Below are positions 15,598 through 30,252 of a stretch of DNA of 64,000 bases, in pieces. The translations under genes were made by a program, and so were the position numbers. Where the stretch lies: positions 85,810,001 through 85,874,000 of the forward strand of contig NC_045696.1 of the NCBI RefSeq assembly GCF_009834535.1, written 5' to 3'. Origin of the DNA: Camelus ferus. Its lineage: Eukaryota. The notes beneath the pieces were generated by a model. That model searched no databases, was not told the origin of the DNA, and saw nothing but the letters and a program-made list of their open reading frames with translations. Within the stretch, counting starts at the first letter, position 1, and each line of letters opens with the position of its first letter.

Positions 15598-15603
15598 AAT
15601 AAA
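15598..15603 (+). terminator. SI: Likely SI polyadenylation signal
   Basis: AATAAA about 440 nt after the stop codon, followed by T-rich sequence and then an LTR fragment. Confidence 0.7.
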
Positions 15604-15659
15604 ATGTATATAAGCATATACAAGGTACATTTCTCTTTATTTTCCAAAAAGGAAATTGT

Positions 15660-15814
15660 CGTAAACAAATTACTATAGACCAAGTGGCTTAAACAGTAAA
15701 CAGTTATTTCTCATAATTCTGAAAGCCTGGAATTTGAGATCGAGGTGCTGGCAGGTATGGTGTCCAGTGAGAGTCCTCTTCCTGGTTTGCAGACAGCCAT
15801 CTTCTCCTTGTGCC
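15660..15814 (-). mobile_element. MaLR LTR (MLT1) fragment directly after the SI 3' end
   Basis: gtaaacaaattac...gtggcttaaac...atttctcataattctg...ctcttcctggtttgcagacagccatcttctc. Confidence 0.8.
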
Positions 15815-16329
15815 ATATACATATATATATAGTAAAAAATCAAATAATTATTCGATCAAATAATTATTGTCTTAATTACCCAGGGTTTTCACATTTTGTT
15901 CCTGATGTATGTTATTGCCATATCTGGTTAAGTTTTTTCTCCTATGATGTATGTCATTCATGTTTCTTAATGTCACTTTAGTAAGTATTTTAAAGCTTTT
16001 TGATATAACTTTGTTTACTATGGGTATGAATATTAGTTCATTTTTGTTATGAATATTAATAGTAGGTAGTGACCACTTACATCATTTTACTTTAGAAATG
16101 AGATTGCAATAAAATAGATTAACTGGAAAGAAAACATATTTATTATGGTATTTTAGTCCCTTTACACTGTGGACTTTGTATCTTGTTATCAACTAGTCTT
16201 TCATTTCTTATTAGTATGTTTGGGAAAACTTATAGCTCAGATGATCCTTGATCCTTGAAATATATGAATATGATATATGCAGCAAGTCACAATATATGAT
16301 TTTGGGAATTCCATTACCACCATGCTCAC

Positions 16330-16860
16330 CCATCAATGGCTTCTCTTTACTCTTAAGGTAGAAATAAAGCCTTCACATGAGCCCAAGGGCCTTCTGGAGC
16401 TGGTGTAAATCTATTTCTCCACACTTTCCTTTTGTCACACTGTCCTTCACTCTCCCTACTTCAATTACATTCACCTTCTTTGCGTTCCTAGAAATGCGAC
16501 ACTTCCTTCCACTTAAGACATTTGAACATTCTCCTCTCTTTGGACACTTCTTGTTCTCCAGGTAATAGCACATCTGGCTCCCTTTTCTTTCAGGTCTCTG
16601 ATAATTGTCACCTTCTCAATGAGATTGTTCCTGACCACACCACTGCATTCCCTACTCCCCTTCCATGTTCATCGTTAGCACTTACTGCCATAAAACACAC
16701 TGTACGTTTTAACTACATACTGGTATATTGCGTGTCTCCCCACCCTCAGAATGTGAGCTCTTTGAAAGCAGGGCTTTGTCTTATTTGCTCATTGCCTTAT
16801 GTCTTAACTCCTAGAAGAGTGCCTGCCAATGAGTAGACAGTCAAACATTTTTGGAAAAAT
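16330..16860 (+). mobile_element. L2 3' region
   Basis: gaatgtgagctctttgaaagcagggctttgtcttatttgctc...cctagaagagtgcctg...gtagacagtcaaacattt is a typical L2 end. Confidence 0.75.
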
Positions 16861-17679
16861 TAATTGGTCTTATTATTTAACTCTCCTGACAACACTTGAG
16901 GTTTGTATTTTTACCTCTATTTTTTTTAAACGAGGAAGCTGACTGTGAAGCCCAAGCCACATGAAAGTGGCCAAGCAGGGATTAGAATCTCAGCTGTTTG
17001 GCTGCAAAGTATTCTGGTTGGATGCCCTCATGTGCACTTGCACGAATCAGGAATGGCAGAAAAGAAGGTGTTTCCTCTAATAGAATGGTTAGTATTTTAC
17101 ATGGAAATTCACTATTTCTACCTATTTTAAATGATGTCTGTTACAAAGAAACAGAAATCAGTATTATTTACCTTGGTGCTGATGGGGTTCTGCACTTAAT
17201 TAGACATGTATGTGGTAAAATTTAGCTGACCCGAGGAGCATTCTCACCCTTGAAACATCAAAATACAGGAAATATTTACATTTGATACACTGAAAATATA
17301 GATGCTTACTTTTTCAGTTCAACACAGGCTAATAGGTGTAAATTGGTTTAAAATAGGATTCAGAAATGTGTTTTATCTCTTCAAATATTGTTAACATTGA
17401 AAATAAACATTTCCTTAAAAGGAACGAAATTTCCCTTGCTAGAAATAGTGTTATGAAATAAAAATTTTGGAAACTACATTCTATAGTTATGATAGTAGAA
17501 TCCCTGCCAAACACTACCACAGCCATCAACACAACTACCATAGCAAATACATGATTATTATTATTTTTTTGAAAAACATGGTATATTTGCTCAAACACAA
17601 GACCATAGTAATAAGATAGATACCCAGTTGAAGATTGTTGATCTGAAAGCTTTATCTTTGGTCTATTTTAACACCCAAT

Positions 17680-18170
17680 TGTGGTATACAGAATAATGCT
17701 CCCTCAAAGAGGTCCATGTCCAAATCCTTAGAACCTGTAAATACTTTAGGTTACACAGCAAAGGAAAATTAAAGTTGCAGAAGAAATTAAGAAACTAAAC
17801 CTTGAAATGGGAAGATTATACTGGATTATTTGAGTAGCCCTGATGTAATCACAAGATCCTTATAAGTGGAGAGGGAGGCAGAAGAGAGTCAGTGTTGAAC
17901 GATGCAATTGGCCGTTTTTAGCTTTGAAGATGGAACGGTAGCACAAGACAAGAAACGCAAGCAATTTCTAGAAGCTGAAAATGTAAGAAAACAGATTTTC
18001 ACCTGGAGCTTCCAGAAAGAATGCAGCTCTGCTGCCACCTTGATTTCAGCTGGTGAGGCTATTTCAGACTTCTGACCTCCAGAAATGTAAGACAACAAAT
18101 TTGTGTCATTTTAAGCAACTAAACTTATGTTTATGATATTTTGTTGCAGCAGCAATAGAGAATGAATACA
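17680..18170 (+). mobile_element. MaLR solo LTR (MLT1-type)
   Basis: tgtggta..cagaataatgctccctcaaagaggtccatgtcc...gacttctgacctccagaa...gcagcaatagagaatgaataca, with TG...CA ends. Confidence 0.88.
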
Positions 18171-21100
18171 GGGATATTTAAGGTATAACCTTAAATGATA
18201 CTCAGAACCACTGTTTTGAATCTGTAAGTAGTATCTTAGAGGAGAAGCACTAATAATGTATATATCAAGAATGACGTCCATAACTATGGTTCAGGAAGAT
18301 ATCTAATCCCTAAGGGCAAACCCCTGCATCTGCTTTCTGATGTCCACACAACAGCCCATAGCCGCCAACAGGGAATAATGTCTTCTCTTCTGGGTTCAAT
18401 ATCAAATACAAGCACCTCTAACAGGAGCTCTTTGGCAAGAAAATCTGGAAAATGTTTACAGGTCTAATGCCCCTGTGGCAAGAGTCTATAAAGATGGGTG
18501 TGGTATTGAATATCAGCAAGCATCACTGGGACTATTTATGACTTTGGGCAAAATTATGTAATTATTTTCATCTGTAAAAAGGGCCAATAATAGTACCTAC
18601 CTTATTTGTATAGATTAATGGAAATGGTCCTTGAAAATAATTTAAAGGAAGTGTGATACATGGAAAGATCTTAAAATAGTTTAGAAATTGTTTTAAGAAG
18701 AAAGTATTAAAATACTAATATATGCAAAACTTAGATGGTCATGTATTTAAATCCTGATTATAATATCACTTACTAGTTGCGTATATTTGCTAAGTTACTT
18801 AATTCTCTAACCATTCTTTTCCTCACTATAAAATGTAGACATGTTCATCTACGAGATAACACGTGGTGGACACAGTCATCAGCTTATTGAAGGCAATGTT
18901 ATTATTAATAATTATTATCACAAATAATAAATTTAAATATCTTCTGATTCGATAAATTTGTCTGTCAATAAATGAGAGCTGAATACAAATATCAGAAATG
19001 TGAAGCAGGACTTGTGATTACATTGTAAGTCTAGCTTTATCTTGAGAAAGGATGTTAAAACAGATAATTCATGACAAGCCTTTTCTCCCTATTCCCACTC
19101 CAGTCAAAAACTATTGTATGTTAAACTCAACTGACTTGAAACCTGGGCTTTAGTATTTAGTGAATGATGAAAGCACATAATAAAACAAATCATCTTGGAA
19201 TGCCTATATAATATTTAAAGGTATTAGAAAACGGTTTTTGTTATTTTTAATTGTCTATTACTTAAGTAAATAAAATGCATTGCAATTTTTTGAATTGAGC
19301 AAGGCAGAAAATTACAAAGAGAAGAAATTTTAAATCACCTAAAATCACACCACCCAGAAATGACGTTATATACATTTGATGACCACTGTTCTAGAGATCT
19401 CAGTATTTATATATACAGAGAAACACCAAAAACTGTTTCTTAGTGTCAGAGCATAAAAATTTCAGTAGCTTTTGTATTCTTCTTTCTGCTCTTCTTACAC
19501 ATTTTATAACTAGTACTATCTTAGAAAAATGTATAACTTATAATTATAGGGGTTACCACACTACAGCTTTGTTTGAAACTGTCATTTTATAATGTTCTGC
19601 TTAGATTGTCATTAGCACAATGTTAGAAAAGATAAGATTTTATTCTTTTACTTCTAAAACAAGAAAACAATCATTTTTCCTTTAACTTTGACTTTACCTT
19701 CTAATGACCATAAAACTACAGGTTTTCTAGCACAACATGTTTTGTGAATGTGTGTGTGTGTTATTTTCTGAAAGAGGTTTAATTAATTCTAATCTTTAAT
19801 GAGAAACAAAAATTTGTAAGTCTATTCCCAGGATTCAAATTTCCAAATTTTATACCTACAAACTACCAATGGAAACTTTAGGTAACAACCTTCAGCCCCA
19901 CATTAAGCTTACTGAGAGAGCAGACACAAGTGGAAAGGAGGGAAACTGCACTGAATTTTTGATGCTTTGTAGTAAACTGGGCTCAGTTCCCAGATGAGTG
20001 CCTCCCTTCCACAAAGAAGGCTTCCAACAGGTGTATGATTAAAATTCGTTTCACTACGAAGTTGCAAATTACTATGCCAAAGACTTCCAAGTCATTCATG
20101 AATTGTTCAAACCAAGAATGCAAATGAAAAATTCTATGGCATTCCTTTTCAGATATTTATATTTGCACTTCTGGCTTGAATTTCCAGAGTTTGCTTTGAA
20201 TTATTTAAAGAAGGATATAACTTTGACTTTTCAGACTGCTTGATAAAAATAAATCCACTCATGGTAATGATAAAAATCATTCACCTGAGATTGTAAGACT
20301 GTTGGGCAAGTTCTGATACTTGGCTGGTCCAGTAAGGCAGTTACTAGTGGCTACATTTATGGATTTCTCTGAATTACCATGAGCATCTTCTTACTAGAGA
20401 TCTCAAAAATGTGCATTTAAATTTTAGCACTGTAAACTTTCAGATAAATTTATTATGTCTAAGAATAGAATCTTCTAGCTCTGAGATGAATAATATCTGG
20501 CTGTTTTGAATTTTTATAAACCATTTTGACATAGTTGCTCTACATTTTACTTTGTAGAAATGAGAATTTCATGGCTGTAAAGAATTGCAGTACAAAGAAG
20601 ATTAATTGCCAGGAGTAGAGCATCAATAGGAACATCAGGAGTAGAGGAGAGCTGGCTCAGCAGGTGCCCATGTGATTTTCTTGTGTGGCTTTGTAATGGG
20701 GAAGATGGTGGTAACTTCAACTGAGATATTGAGATGATGAAGTAGGGAAATGGGGGGAAATTCCAGAATATAGAAGGGGAGTCAATGGACAGATAATTTG
20801 CTAAAATTAGCTTTTTTTTTTTTTTTTTTTTTTTAATGTGCAAGGAAGGAGAGGATCAGGTAGAAAATGATCAAACATTTTGCCCAAGTCCTGCAGCTAG
20901 AAATAGTGAAGTTAAATATTAAAAGTCAGCCTTTTCTGGCTCAAAAGTCAGTCTCTTACCCAGCATATAGGTTAAAAGCATGCATGTAAATGAAATAACT
21001 ACTGAATGACACATAACATAAGGAAAACAATGGGCTAAGGACAGAACTTGGAGAAAGATCAACATTTAATACTTCAAAGTAAAAGAAACTTTTGAAGATC

Positions 21101-21419
21101 ATTTAGGATGGATGATACTAAAAAACAGAGAGAGCAATCTCCTGAAGTAAAAGAGAGTAATAATCTCACATTAAAATGAGGGGAAAAAAAAGTTAGGTGC
21201 ACAATATAAGAAAATAAAGCATTTTATTCAACTTCAATAACAATACGGTATAGTATGGGGGAAAAAAAAGGGTGGACTGAAAATCAAAAGATTCAGTCCA
21301 GCCCACAATGAAGCACTAATTTCCCAAAAAAGCATTAGTAACTAACTTATCTTTAAATTAGAGCTATTTTATAGCCAATCCCAGATTAAGACCTTTTTTT
21401 TGCATTGTGCAATTAGTTT

Positions 21420-21484
21420 TTTTTTTAATGGAGGTACTGGGGATTGAACTCAGGACCTTGTGCATCCTAAGCTATACCCACCTC
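21420..21484 (-). mobile_element. Short tRNA-derived SINE, camelid-type (Vic-1-like), internally deleted
   Basis: Poly-T, then aatggaggtactggggattgaactcaggacc (reverse B-box-like). Flanked by the direct repeat caattagttt at 21410-21419 and 21485-21494. Confidence 0.75.
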
Positions 21485-23478
21485 CAATTAGTTTGTTAAT
21501 ATTAAGATACCATTTGCACTTTAATGCTCACTTGTACCAAAGAAAGAGGAAAATTATAACAAAGAAAGATGAAAATTTAAAGAAATTCTAAAAAAGAAAA
21601 AGGAAAATAACTGAAATTTCCAGAGATAGACTCTTCTTTTTCTTTCCATTTTTACTTTTTTTTGTTTGTTTGTTTAGGCAATTTCTTTCCTCTGGCTATT
21701 ATATTGCAATGTTTGATCATACGAGATTTGATTTTGTACTTAATAGATAGCTAATGCTTACTGGAAATACATATAGATAGGAGATGTTTATAAGAAAATT
21801 TCAATAGTATGAGTAAACTGCCATGTTAGCAAACACAGAGTAATTATATTACTCATTAATATTGAAAAATCATTGAGACTCCAAATGGTTATCTCTTGAA
21901 GTGTTGTATTTCAATATTTCCTATTGTGTGAGTTAAAATTTACAATAGCAAAAACATGTTGCATGTTGCATGTTGAATTAGTCTATTTCTTAAAATATTT
22001 AAGGCAAAACATTTTCCATTTCTTCATTTTGTAATAAAATGTGTAAGTTTTTCACTTTTGATCCTAAAACATAAAAATAATTGTCCAACCTCATATGGCT
22101 ACACAATTGGAATATTTGTTTCCAGAGATTATTCTGGGGAAAAACTGAAAAATTCTATGTATCAGCCTCTTTATGAAGGTTAAAATGTTCAATACATATG
22201 AAACATATTGTGAAATCCTGAAATATTGAGACCTACATAAATTAGTTTACACAGCAATTTTCAAACTTATATGCCCATCAGATCTGTTTTCCATAATAAC
22301 ACCTTTCAACATGCAGTGGAATTATTGTCCCAAAGACTATAATTAGTAGAGTTTCGTTACAGTCCTCCTCTTAAAATTTACTTTTTCTCCCTATATGTGG
22401 GTTGTACTAATTTGGGGAAGCAAGGTAACTCATTTACTGAAATTCCTAGTTTTATTTCCTAGATTACACAGATTATTTTCATAGTCAAATTTGATCAGCC
22501 GTACAATTACAATTCTCTGTGAGCTACAATTACATCATGATTCAGTATATCATTTTCCAAATTATCACAAGCATATTTTGGTAAAAAAACACTTATTATT
22601 TTCCAGTTTTACAGGTAGAAACCTAAAGCTTCCCATTTCAGAGTAACAAGACAAACTATTAGAATATTTTGAATTAAAATCTATTTTTCTTCATTATCAC
22701 TGCATAGTAGACAATGCTTCCCAGCTGTTACTCAAATGATTCTCTGGGAAATACAATCAATGTTTTATTCTGACTCTTTAACTATGTATGGGACTCTGTT
22801 ACAATATGATACACATGCATGGGGCAGATGTGCATATTCCACAATATTGCCTCTCTTTCAACAAAGGAAGAATATGGATTTTATATGATGAAACATTTTT
22901 TACATTTAAGATTCCCTAGAGGTTTGAATATATTATACCTATGATGTTTGTTTTTCCCCAGGATAATTTAACCATGGACTTTTTTTTTCTCTTTTCTCTC
23001 TCCTCTCCCTCTCTTTTTTTCTAAGGAGCATATCTCCACACCAGTATCAGGACACATCAGGAAAGACTAGACTCATTTCTCATTATATTATTCTTAGTTG
23101 CTTGAAATATGGAATTCAAAATATAACTACCTAAATAAGTAAATAAATGTAAATAGAAATGATTTGTTTTAAAATTAAGTATTGGCAGCATTTTACATCA
23201 TCACACATTTAAGTTAATTTTGTTACCTCATAAAGTATTACTTAAACATCATTAAGTCACATTGTTTAGGTACTCTAGCAAGCTGAAACATTCTTTTGGG
23301 AATATTTTGGGGAAAAAAATGGGTTGACAAATAGGACCATTAGTTCTTGAAAACAATATACATGATTTTTAATTAATTTTTATTTTCTTTAAAGTAATAG
23401 CATTGCTCAGGAACAATCAATTATAGCTATTCTGTTTTGTAGCCATGCAAAGTTGTGTATTGTTTTATGTTCAGAAAG

Positions 23479-23481
<3 letters not shown>

Positions 23482-23528
<47 letters not shown>
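23482..23528 (+). repeat. (GT)n microsatellite
   Basis: About 23 perfect units. Confidence 0.97.
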
Positions 23529-23529
<1 letters not shown>

Positions 23530-26500
23530 CAGAGAACGTGAGCATGTGAACTATTGAAATTACTTAGAGGTGAACTATGAAGAAAGGTCTACCTTGCATC
23601 CTCCTGTATGGAATGGCTGCACAACTGTACAACATTAGTTTTATTTCTACATTGAATACATTGAAACTAGATGCAGAAAACTAGTGAGAAGTTTAGGAAC
23701 TGGTCATCAATCTATAGAATTTGGCTTTATTCAGCTCTATATCCCTAATTCCTCAAATCCTAATCCTATGCTACCAGCCAAACCTTCCAAGAAAGGAATG
23801 TGTTGAATTGAGCTGGTGCAGTCTAAATTATGATAAAAAGGAACAAAATCATTGAGTATACTTACCAAGGAAATTGACTTCACATTTATCCTGAAAATAG
23901 TAATTCATAAACTCATCTATAAACATTACAAATTCTGTTCTTCCTCACTTTCATAAAGTTAAAACACTTATTTTCAGAAAAGAAAATCCATCTAGTCATA
24001 ATGGTCATAAAATGTTAATATTTAGAAATATTTATAAATAGAGTGAAAGAACAAGGAGTATGATACTCTCAGGTGTACTGATTATGGTTTATGTAGCCCA
24101 AACAGAGAAGAAAAACAGAAAGGAAGATTAATGTAAAGTCAGATAATTTTTTACTAACCCAGGGAAGAGATGAGACTGAGTATTCTGGAAGAAATTGAAG
24201 AGAAAATTCAAAGGACATCTTGAGGTTCAGATCAAATGTATAAAACAAAAGTAGAAATCCTTTTTGATATTTATTAGTGAAACTATTAATAATAGTACTT
24301 CATTAAAAAAAAAAAGGGAAAAATTGAGATAAATACTAAATGGGATAAGATAATAGGATGACAATTTTTACCTAGGACCTTGCTGGGCAAACCAGGACCT
24401 ATGTTCACTTTAGGTATAAATAAGCATTCTGATTTGATTGGAACTTTTCGTCGTGAAGTGACAGAATCCAACTCAAACTTGTTCATGCCCATCATACTAC
24501 ACATGCATATACATACCGAGGAAGAGCCAGCAACTCAAGGGATGCCTTCAGTTCTTCCTTCTCTCTCATCATTTCTGTTTTCACTTCCTATTTTTCTTAA
24601 TGTTATTTCAGCGAAGCTATCCATGCATGACAGTAAAAAAGAAGTCATCAATATTTCTAGGTTTTTTTTTATTCTTATAGTTAATCATTTCAAATAAAAG
24701 AGAATGCATACTTTTTAATGGCACTAGAAGAGTTTTGAGAGATGACTTGATGTACTCCACTTTGGTGGGGGTCAACCATCTCTGAAACAATCAGTGTGAC
24801 CAGGTAGATAGGATTTACTGATTGGCTAATCTTTGTCAAGTGGCCAACCTAGTCACTGGGAAACCAGATCCATGAGATTGGCAGCTCAAATAGATGAAAA
24901 AAATGAAGTTCTCAAATGAAAGGATGTTGGGGAGACAAAAAGTACCAGATAGTCCCTGTAGTGTATTGGTGGAGGTGTCTAGAAACTGGCCTCCATAGAG
25001 TGACAAATATATATTGTGACAGTGGAGGGATGATTGTTTAGAAAAGATGGAAAAAAATTAAGGATAACCTTGAAATTCAAGGAAAGAGTTTTAGATTAAT
25101 AAAAGGAAATACTAGCAATAAAAAAGAGAGAGAAACAAAACCACTTTCTAGACTAGTGTTCTGCAAAAATTTTTCATGAGTTTTATCCTTTCTGTGCCAA
25201 ACAGCAGCAGTTAAGCTATGTTTTGCATGACTTTTGCATATTGTTCTAGGTTTGCCTGTGAATTAAGGCAAAAGGGTTGTAGGATAAACTCAAGTTAGTC
25301 TGAGTTCCTTGATCCTCTCCTTCATATTAATTATAGAATATTTCCTTATGTATACACATTGTGGCATTTTTAGGATTTAGTAAGATCATACAATGAAAAA
25401 TTAGGGAAGCAATCATACACTTTACTCAGTATAAATGGAAAGTGGAAAACACTGAGATATGCAATAGCTTGCCTATTACACAGTATAGCTTAACATTACC
25501 TTTTGTGTCTTATTACTTGCACATTTTGAAGAAGAAATAATTTATTACATCAACTTTTATTTCAATAATTTATATAGTCTGCTCATTACTGTTGAACACA
25601 TGCAGAAACATCCTTGACAATAAAATTAGAAAGATAGCAGTGCATTCGGTGAGAAAGGATGTAGGGTAACCTATGACATGTATACATGTTTGTGGTAAAG
25701 AGGACAAGGTCACAGCAGTGAAAATCAAATAAAACCACAAATAGAATTCTCTTTAAAAAAAGAAAAAACATAGCTTTTGTAGATAGTATTCATTATCTAC
25801 AGCATTTAATGATAGGGGACAGATAACGTCTGGAGAAGATAAGCAATAGAATGCTCTGATAAAGAATGGAGCATACACAAAATAAAAAGCTTAAAATATA
25901 CAAGCATTGCTTAAAAGGTTAGATAAAATGGATCAGGAATGTGAGTCACAGATTTAGGTGTGGTTCACCAACTCACTGCTTGACTTGAGTCAAACAATTT
26001 CACATATTAATTTAACTCTTTGGGAAAATAAATCAGGAAGATGCAATAACAGGGATAGGGGTACTTAAGGGCCCACAAATTGAAATTATTTTGTGATGGA
26101 ATCTAGGCTAACAGGAAAAAAAAAAAAATCTGACATTAGGAAAGCAGATAATCATAAATGGAACTAAAACATGACCCATTAGAGGAAAAGAGATACTTAA
26201 TATCAACAGTTAGTAAGGAAGAATCAGTTCTGGGGATCTCAAAATATGTGACATGAATTTTAATATACTACATTAATTGTCTTCAGGTATAAAAATAGTA
26301 TGATTGCTGGCCATTCAGAATACACACTGTGTAAAAGGAACCCAGCTCTATAAGATTAGGGATTTTTTCCATTCAGTCATTAGAATAATATATAAAAAAT
26401 ATACCAAAAATTCTAAGGTAATTGCTCCTAGAAAACTATTTAGGATAATGTTAACTTATGTTTTGGAAGCTTGAGATCAATTAATATTCATAAAGTAGAT

Positions 26501-28535
26501 ATGAGTAACTCTGGACTTTACATATGTATTATTTATGATTTACTTCTACCTCTACTCTACCAATTCTCTCCCAATAACTTCCTGGCACCAAGGATAAATA
26601 GCTGTACATTATTTTTTTATCATGATATGATCACCTTCAGAGTATGCACAAACAAGTGAATTGTTATTCCTGGAAAGAATTCATGCTAAATAGATGGCAA
26701 ACTAAGAAAACTGGGGAGAGAAAAGATTATTGACTCCAGAAAAAAATAAGAATGCATTGCATTCTAGGAAAAATATTAAAATAAGAAGGAAATTTAAATT
26801 TGGGGGATCCAAATTCAGCAGTGAGCTGTATTTATTCCTTCAACAAAACTTTGTTGAATATTACATTCCAGGTATTGCTTAGTGCTTAGAAATAGAGCAG
26901 AGAAAAAGACAACCCCATGTTCTCATGGAACTTACATTATAAGAAGAAAGGGAGAAAATAAAAAAGTATACAAATTAATATAAAATGCAATATCAGGTAG
27001 TGGTAAGTGTTAGGAAAAAAATTAACACAGGGTAAGTAGATAAAGAATGACAGCATGGACACAGAGTGGGAAGGACTCTGTGAATAACTACAAGCCTTTA
27101 AAAAAGAGCAAGCAGGTGAGATAAAGGAAAGTGAGATGATGCAATAATGTTCAAATTTCATCTTCCCTAATAGACATTTTGTTACATAAATAAAATTATT
27201 TTAAAACATAAATCTAGTATCCAAGACATATTTTATTGTTCTTTTCCAGTTTATTTAAAAACCCAATCATTTGACACATTGTAAAATGATTATAAATCAA
27301 TAAAAAATGTTAAAAAAAAAAAAAAAAAACAAAACCCAATCAGGTAGTATCAGTCCAACCATGTTCAGCTAGTCATACTCTTTTCAGATAAACCCTGGAA
27401 AACCACTTTGGCAGCTTGTAACAATGAATAGGCTCCATCCCTTCTCAGGATGACAGGCATGAAATGCAAATAAGTTATGTGGGTACCAAAATTAACCCCT
27501 ATGTTCACTGCTTTCAACACTGCCAAATTCACTAGAAAAGTAAAAGTATACAAAAAAAGTAAAATTTTAAGTTGAGTAAGGACGAAAGTAAAACAAAAAT
27601 AACTATGTATTAATGAAAACTCAGTTTATTAAAAAATGTACTGAAGCTCATGGACATATTTTCAAGGGTCTGACTTGCAACTGATTAATGGAATTTTTCT
27701 TAATGGCTCAGTGATACTGAGAGCCAGTATGAGAACTTTAATCTAAAATTAATTTGTTAGCAGTAAGCAGAACAAGGAAAGGAAGTATCCTAAGCAAATA
27801 TTAAGATTTCATTAACCAAGTGACTAAAAAACGTTATATTGTTTCCTTTGATAGTAAAGGCCAGGTGCCAGCTGCTAAAAGTGAAAAGAGAGAAGCTAGC
27901 TTTTTGATTAAGCCATAAGACAAGGATTATTTGGACTTTAAACCATAGGGTGTATCTTGTTCTATCAAGAAAACAGGATTTTTCTCTGGGTTAGTTAATT
28001 GGGGAGTTTAAATTCAAGGCATAGAAAGTTTCCATTATTAAAATAACCTAGAAACAAGTTATTAAACTAATAAAAATTTATCTTATACTCCATAGTTTGT
28101 TGTGATTATAAAGTTGATGTATTAAGAAATTAAATATCAAGGAGTTCATATCTTCTGAAGACTGGTTAAACATTTTAACTCTGTCTCAGTCCCTGTGGTA
28201 CTAAGTACGATAAGACACAGTGACTCCTTCAAGGAGCCTGCGGTCTGGTGGGCTACCTAGTCAAGGGCGTAAATGACTATAACACAGTCCTGTGGGTCCG
28301 TAAAAGTGTGTGAACAAGATGCTATGGGAACGAGATAAATAGGGTACTATGGTATTACTGCACCTCACATTCCTCAGTAAATCCCATTTGGTCATAGTGT
28401 ATAATTGTTTCTTGAATACCATGGTTTGTTTTTTTGAAAGAAAAAGGTGTTTGCAATTTTTTTTTAAAGAATCAAAAATAAATAATGCTCATACACATGA
28501 GAAAATCTACTGATATTATGTCCTCCAACGCACAC

Positions 28536-29033
<498 letters not shown>

Positions 29034-29900
29034 GGCTGGCCTCGCTTGCGACCACAGCTTCTCGGCCTCCGTAGGGCGGTCACACCTACACACCTCATGA
29101 CATGGTGACAAGACTTGTATATCGTTACAGTTAATGCTCATCATAACCATTTAAGGTAGGTAAAATAATACTCTGGTATATAAGAAATGATTCACAGCAA
29201 GATGGAAAAGTGCTGGTCGGGAGCCTTGTCCAGCCTTACGTGTGCAGTACGAGCCAGCTCTGCCTGGTCTTCTGAGACCCCCGGTTCTCGTGCTTTTGGG
29301 CCCAGCCACACAGGTAGGCCAGAGCCAGGGGGGGCCCCGAGCGCCTGGCCTGTGGGCTCTGGGCCGGCGACACCCGCTTCCTTTATTTCCTGCGTTCTTT
29401 CCTCAGCATCCTTCTTGACTCTCTCGTCCCTGGGGGACACCGCCTCAGCGCCGCTGCTCCCTGGAGGATGAGGGGGTGCAGGTCACCTCCGCAGGCCTGG
29501 GCCTGTGCTTCCTCAGTGCCCGGCGTGGCCTCGGGCGCCAGCACCATCTCTTCAGCTGACGTCTTCAATTTTTTGTTCTGTTTCTCAGTCACTTGAATAA
29601 CTTCTGTTTTTCCTGCCACTGCCTCATTTACTCGCTAGGCTCTCCCCTCCAAGGCAAGCTCCCTGGCTCGGGGCTGTTTCTCCTGGGGCCGCGTGGACAC
29701 GCAGGAGGAACCCACCGGGAGGGAGGGAAGGCTGGGCGGAGGACGAGAGGCCCGACTCGGCCCGCGGCGCGCGCTCTCCTCAGGCCGCTGACTACTGCAC
29801 AGCCAGGCCCTCCGCGCGCCCCGGCCGCCCCGCAGGCCACGCACCCGTGCGCCGCGGCCTCCGGCTCGCCACCCACCTCCCTCGCCTGCCTGCACATCTG
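29034..29900 (-). other. Unidentified GC/CpG-rich segment fused 5' of the C15orf61 copy
   Basis: Abrupt switch from AT-rich flank to CpG-dense sequence (about 29640-29895), then broken Glu/Lys/Ala-rich frames (VAGKTEVIQVTEKQNKKLKTSAEEM..., SPRDERVKKDAEERTQEIKEAG...) and a short AT-rich stretch at about 29090-29200. Confidence 0.6.
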
Positions 29901-30038
29901 TGATTGAGTTATATTAAAAGCTATTTCAAAGAATAATTTTTTTCATGAGTCCAAAACTCTGAAATGCATATGTGATGTTGAATATTTTAAACCTCATGTA
30001 ATTACTATTGGTGACTGAAAGGCGCAATTGCTGGTCAG

Positions 30039-30167
30039 GGTGTGCAGTTCACTGATATCAATTACATGAAAGACATGAAAGATCCCTTCTGATGAAGTTA
30101 AATTCAAAAGCCTTCTTGAACTGCTGAAGATTTGCACATCCATGGTCAAAAATACTTCAAAATTCTG
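30039..30167 (+). pseudogene. Decayed GH31 alpha-glucosidase exon (SI exon 11-like) of an SI-like paralog
   Basis: cag|GVQFTDINYMKDMKD..DEVKFKSLLE..AEDLHIHGQKYFKIL|gtaat versus recalled human SI [44 protein letters not shown]. Small frameshifting indels. Confidence 0.9.
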
Positions 30168-30252
30168 GTAATGGTTAAAGATACAGTGATTAAACGTCCT
30201 TATTTGAAAATATACTTGGTTTTTCTTATGCTTTTCCTTTTCTTTGGCTATG

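Noticed and set aside
23040..23075. GAC ACA TCA GGA AAG (DTSGK), like SI exon 8 IEDTSGKS
   Set aside because: Only five residues match; flanks and exon boundaries do not fit.
23586..23640. GLPCILLYGMAAQ resembling SI exon 7 RLPSDYIYGIGEQ
   Set aside because: Short match with no upstream or downstream continuation and no splice sites.
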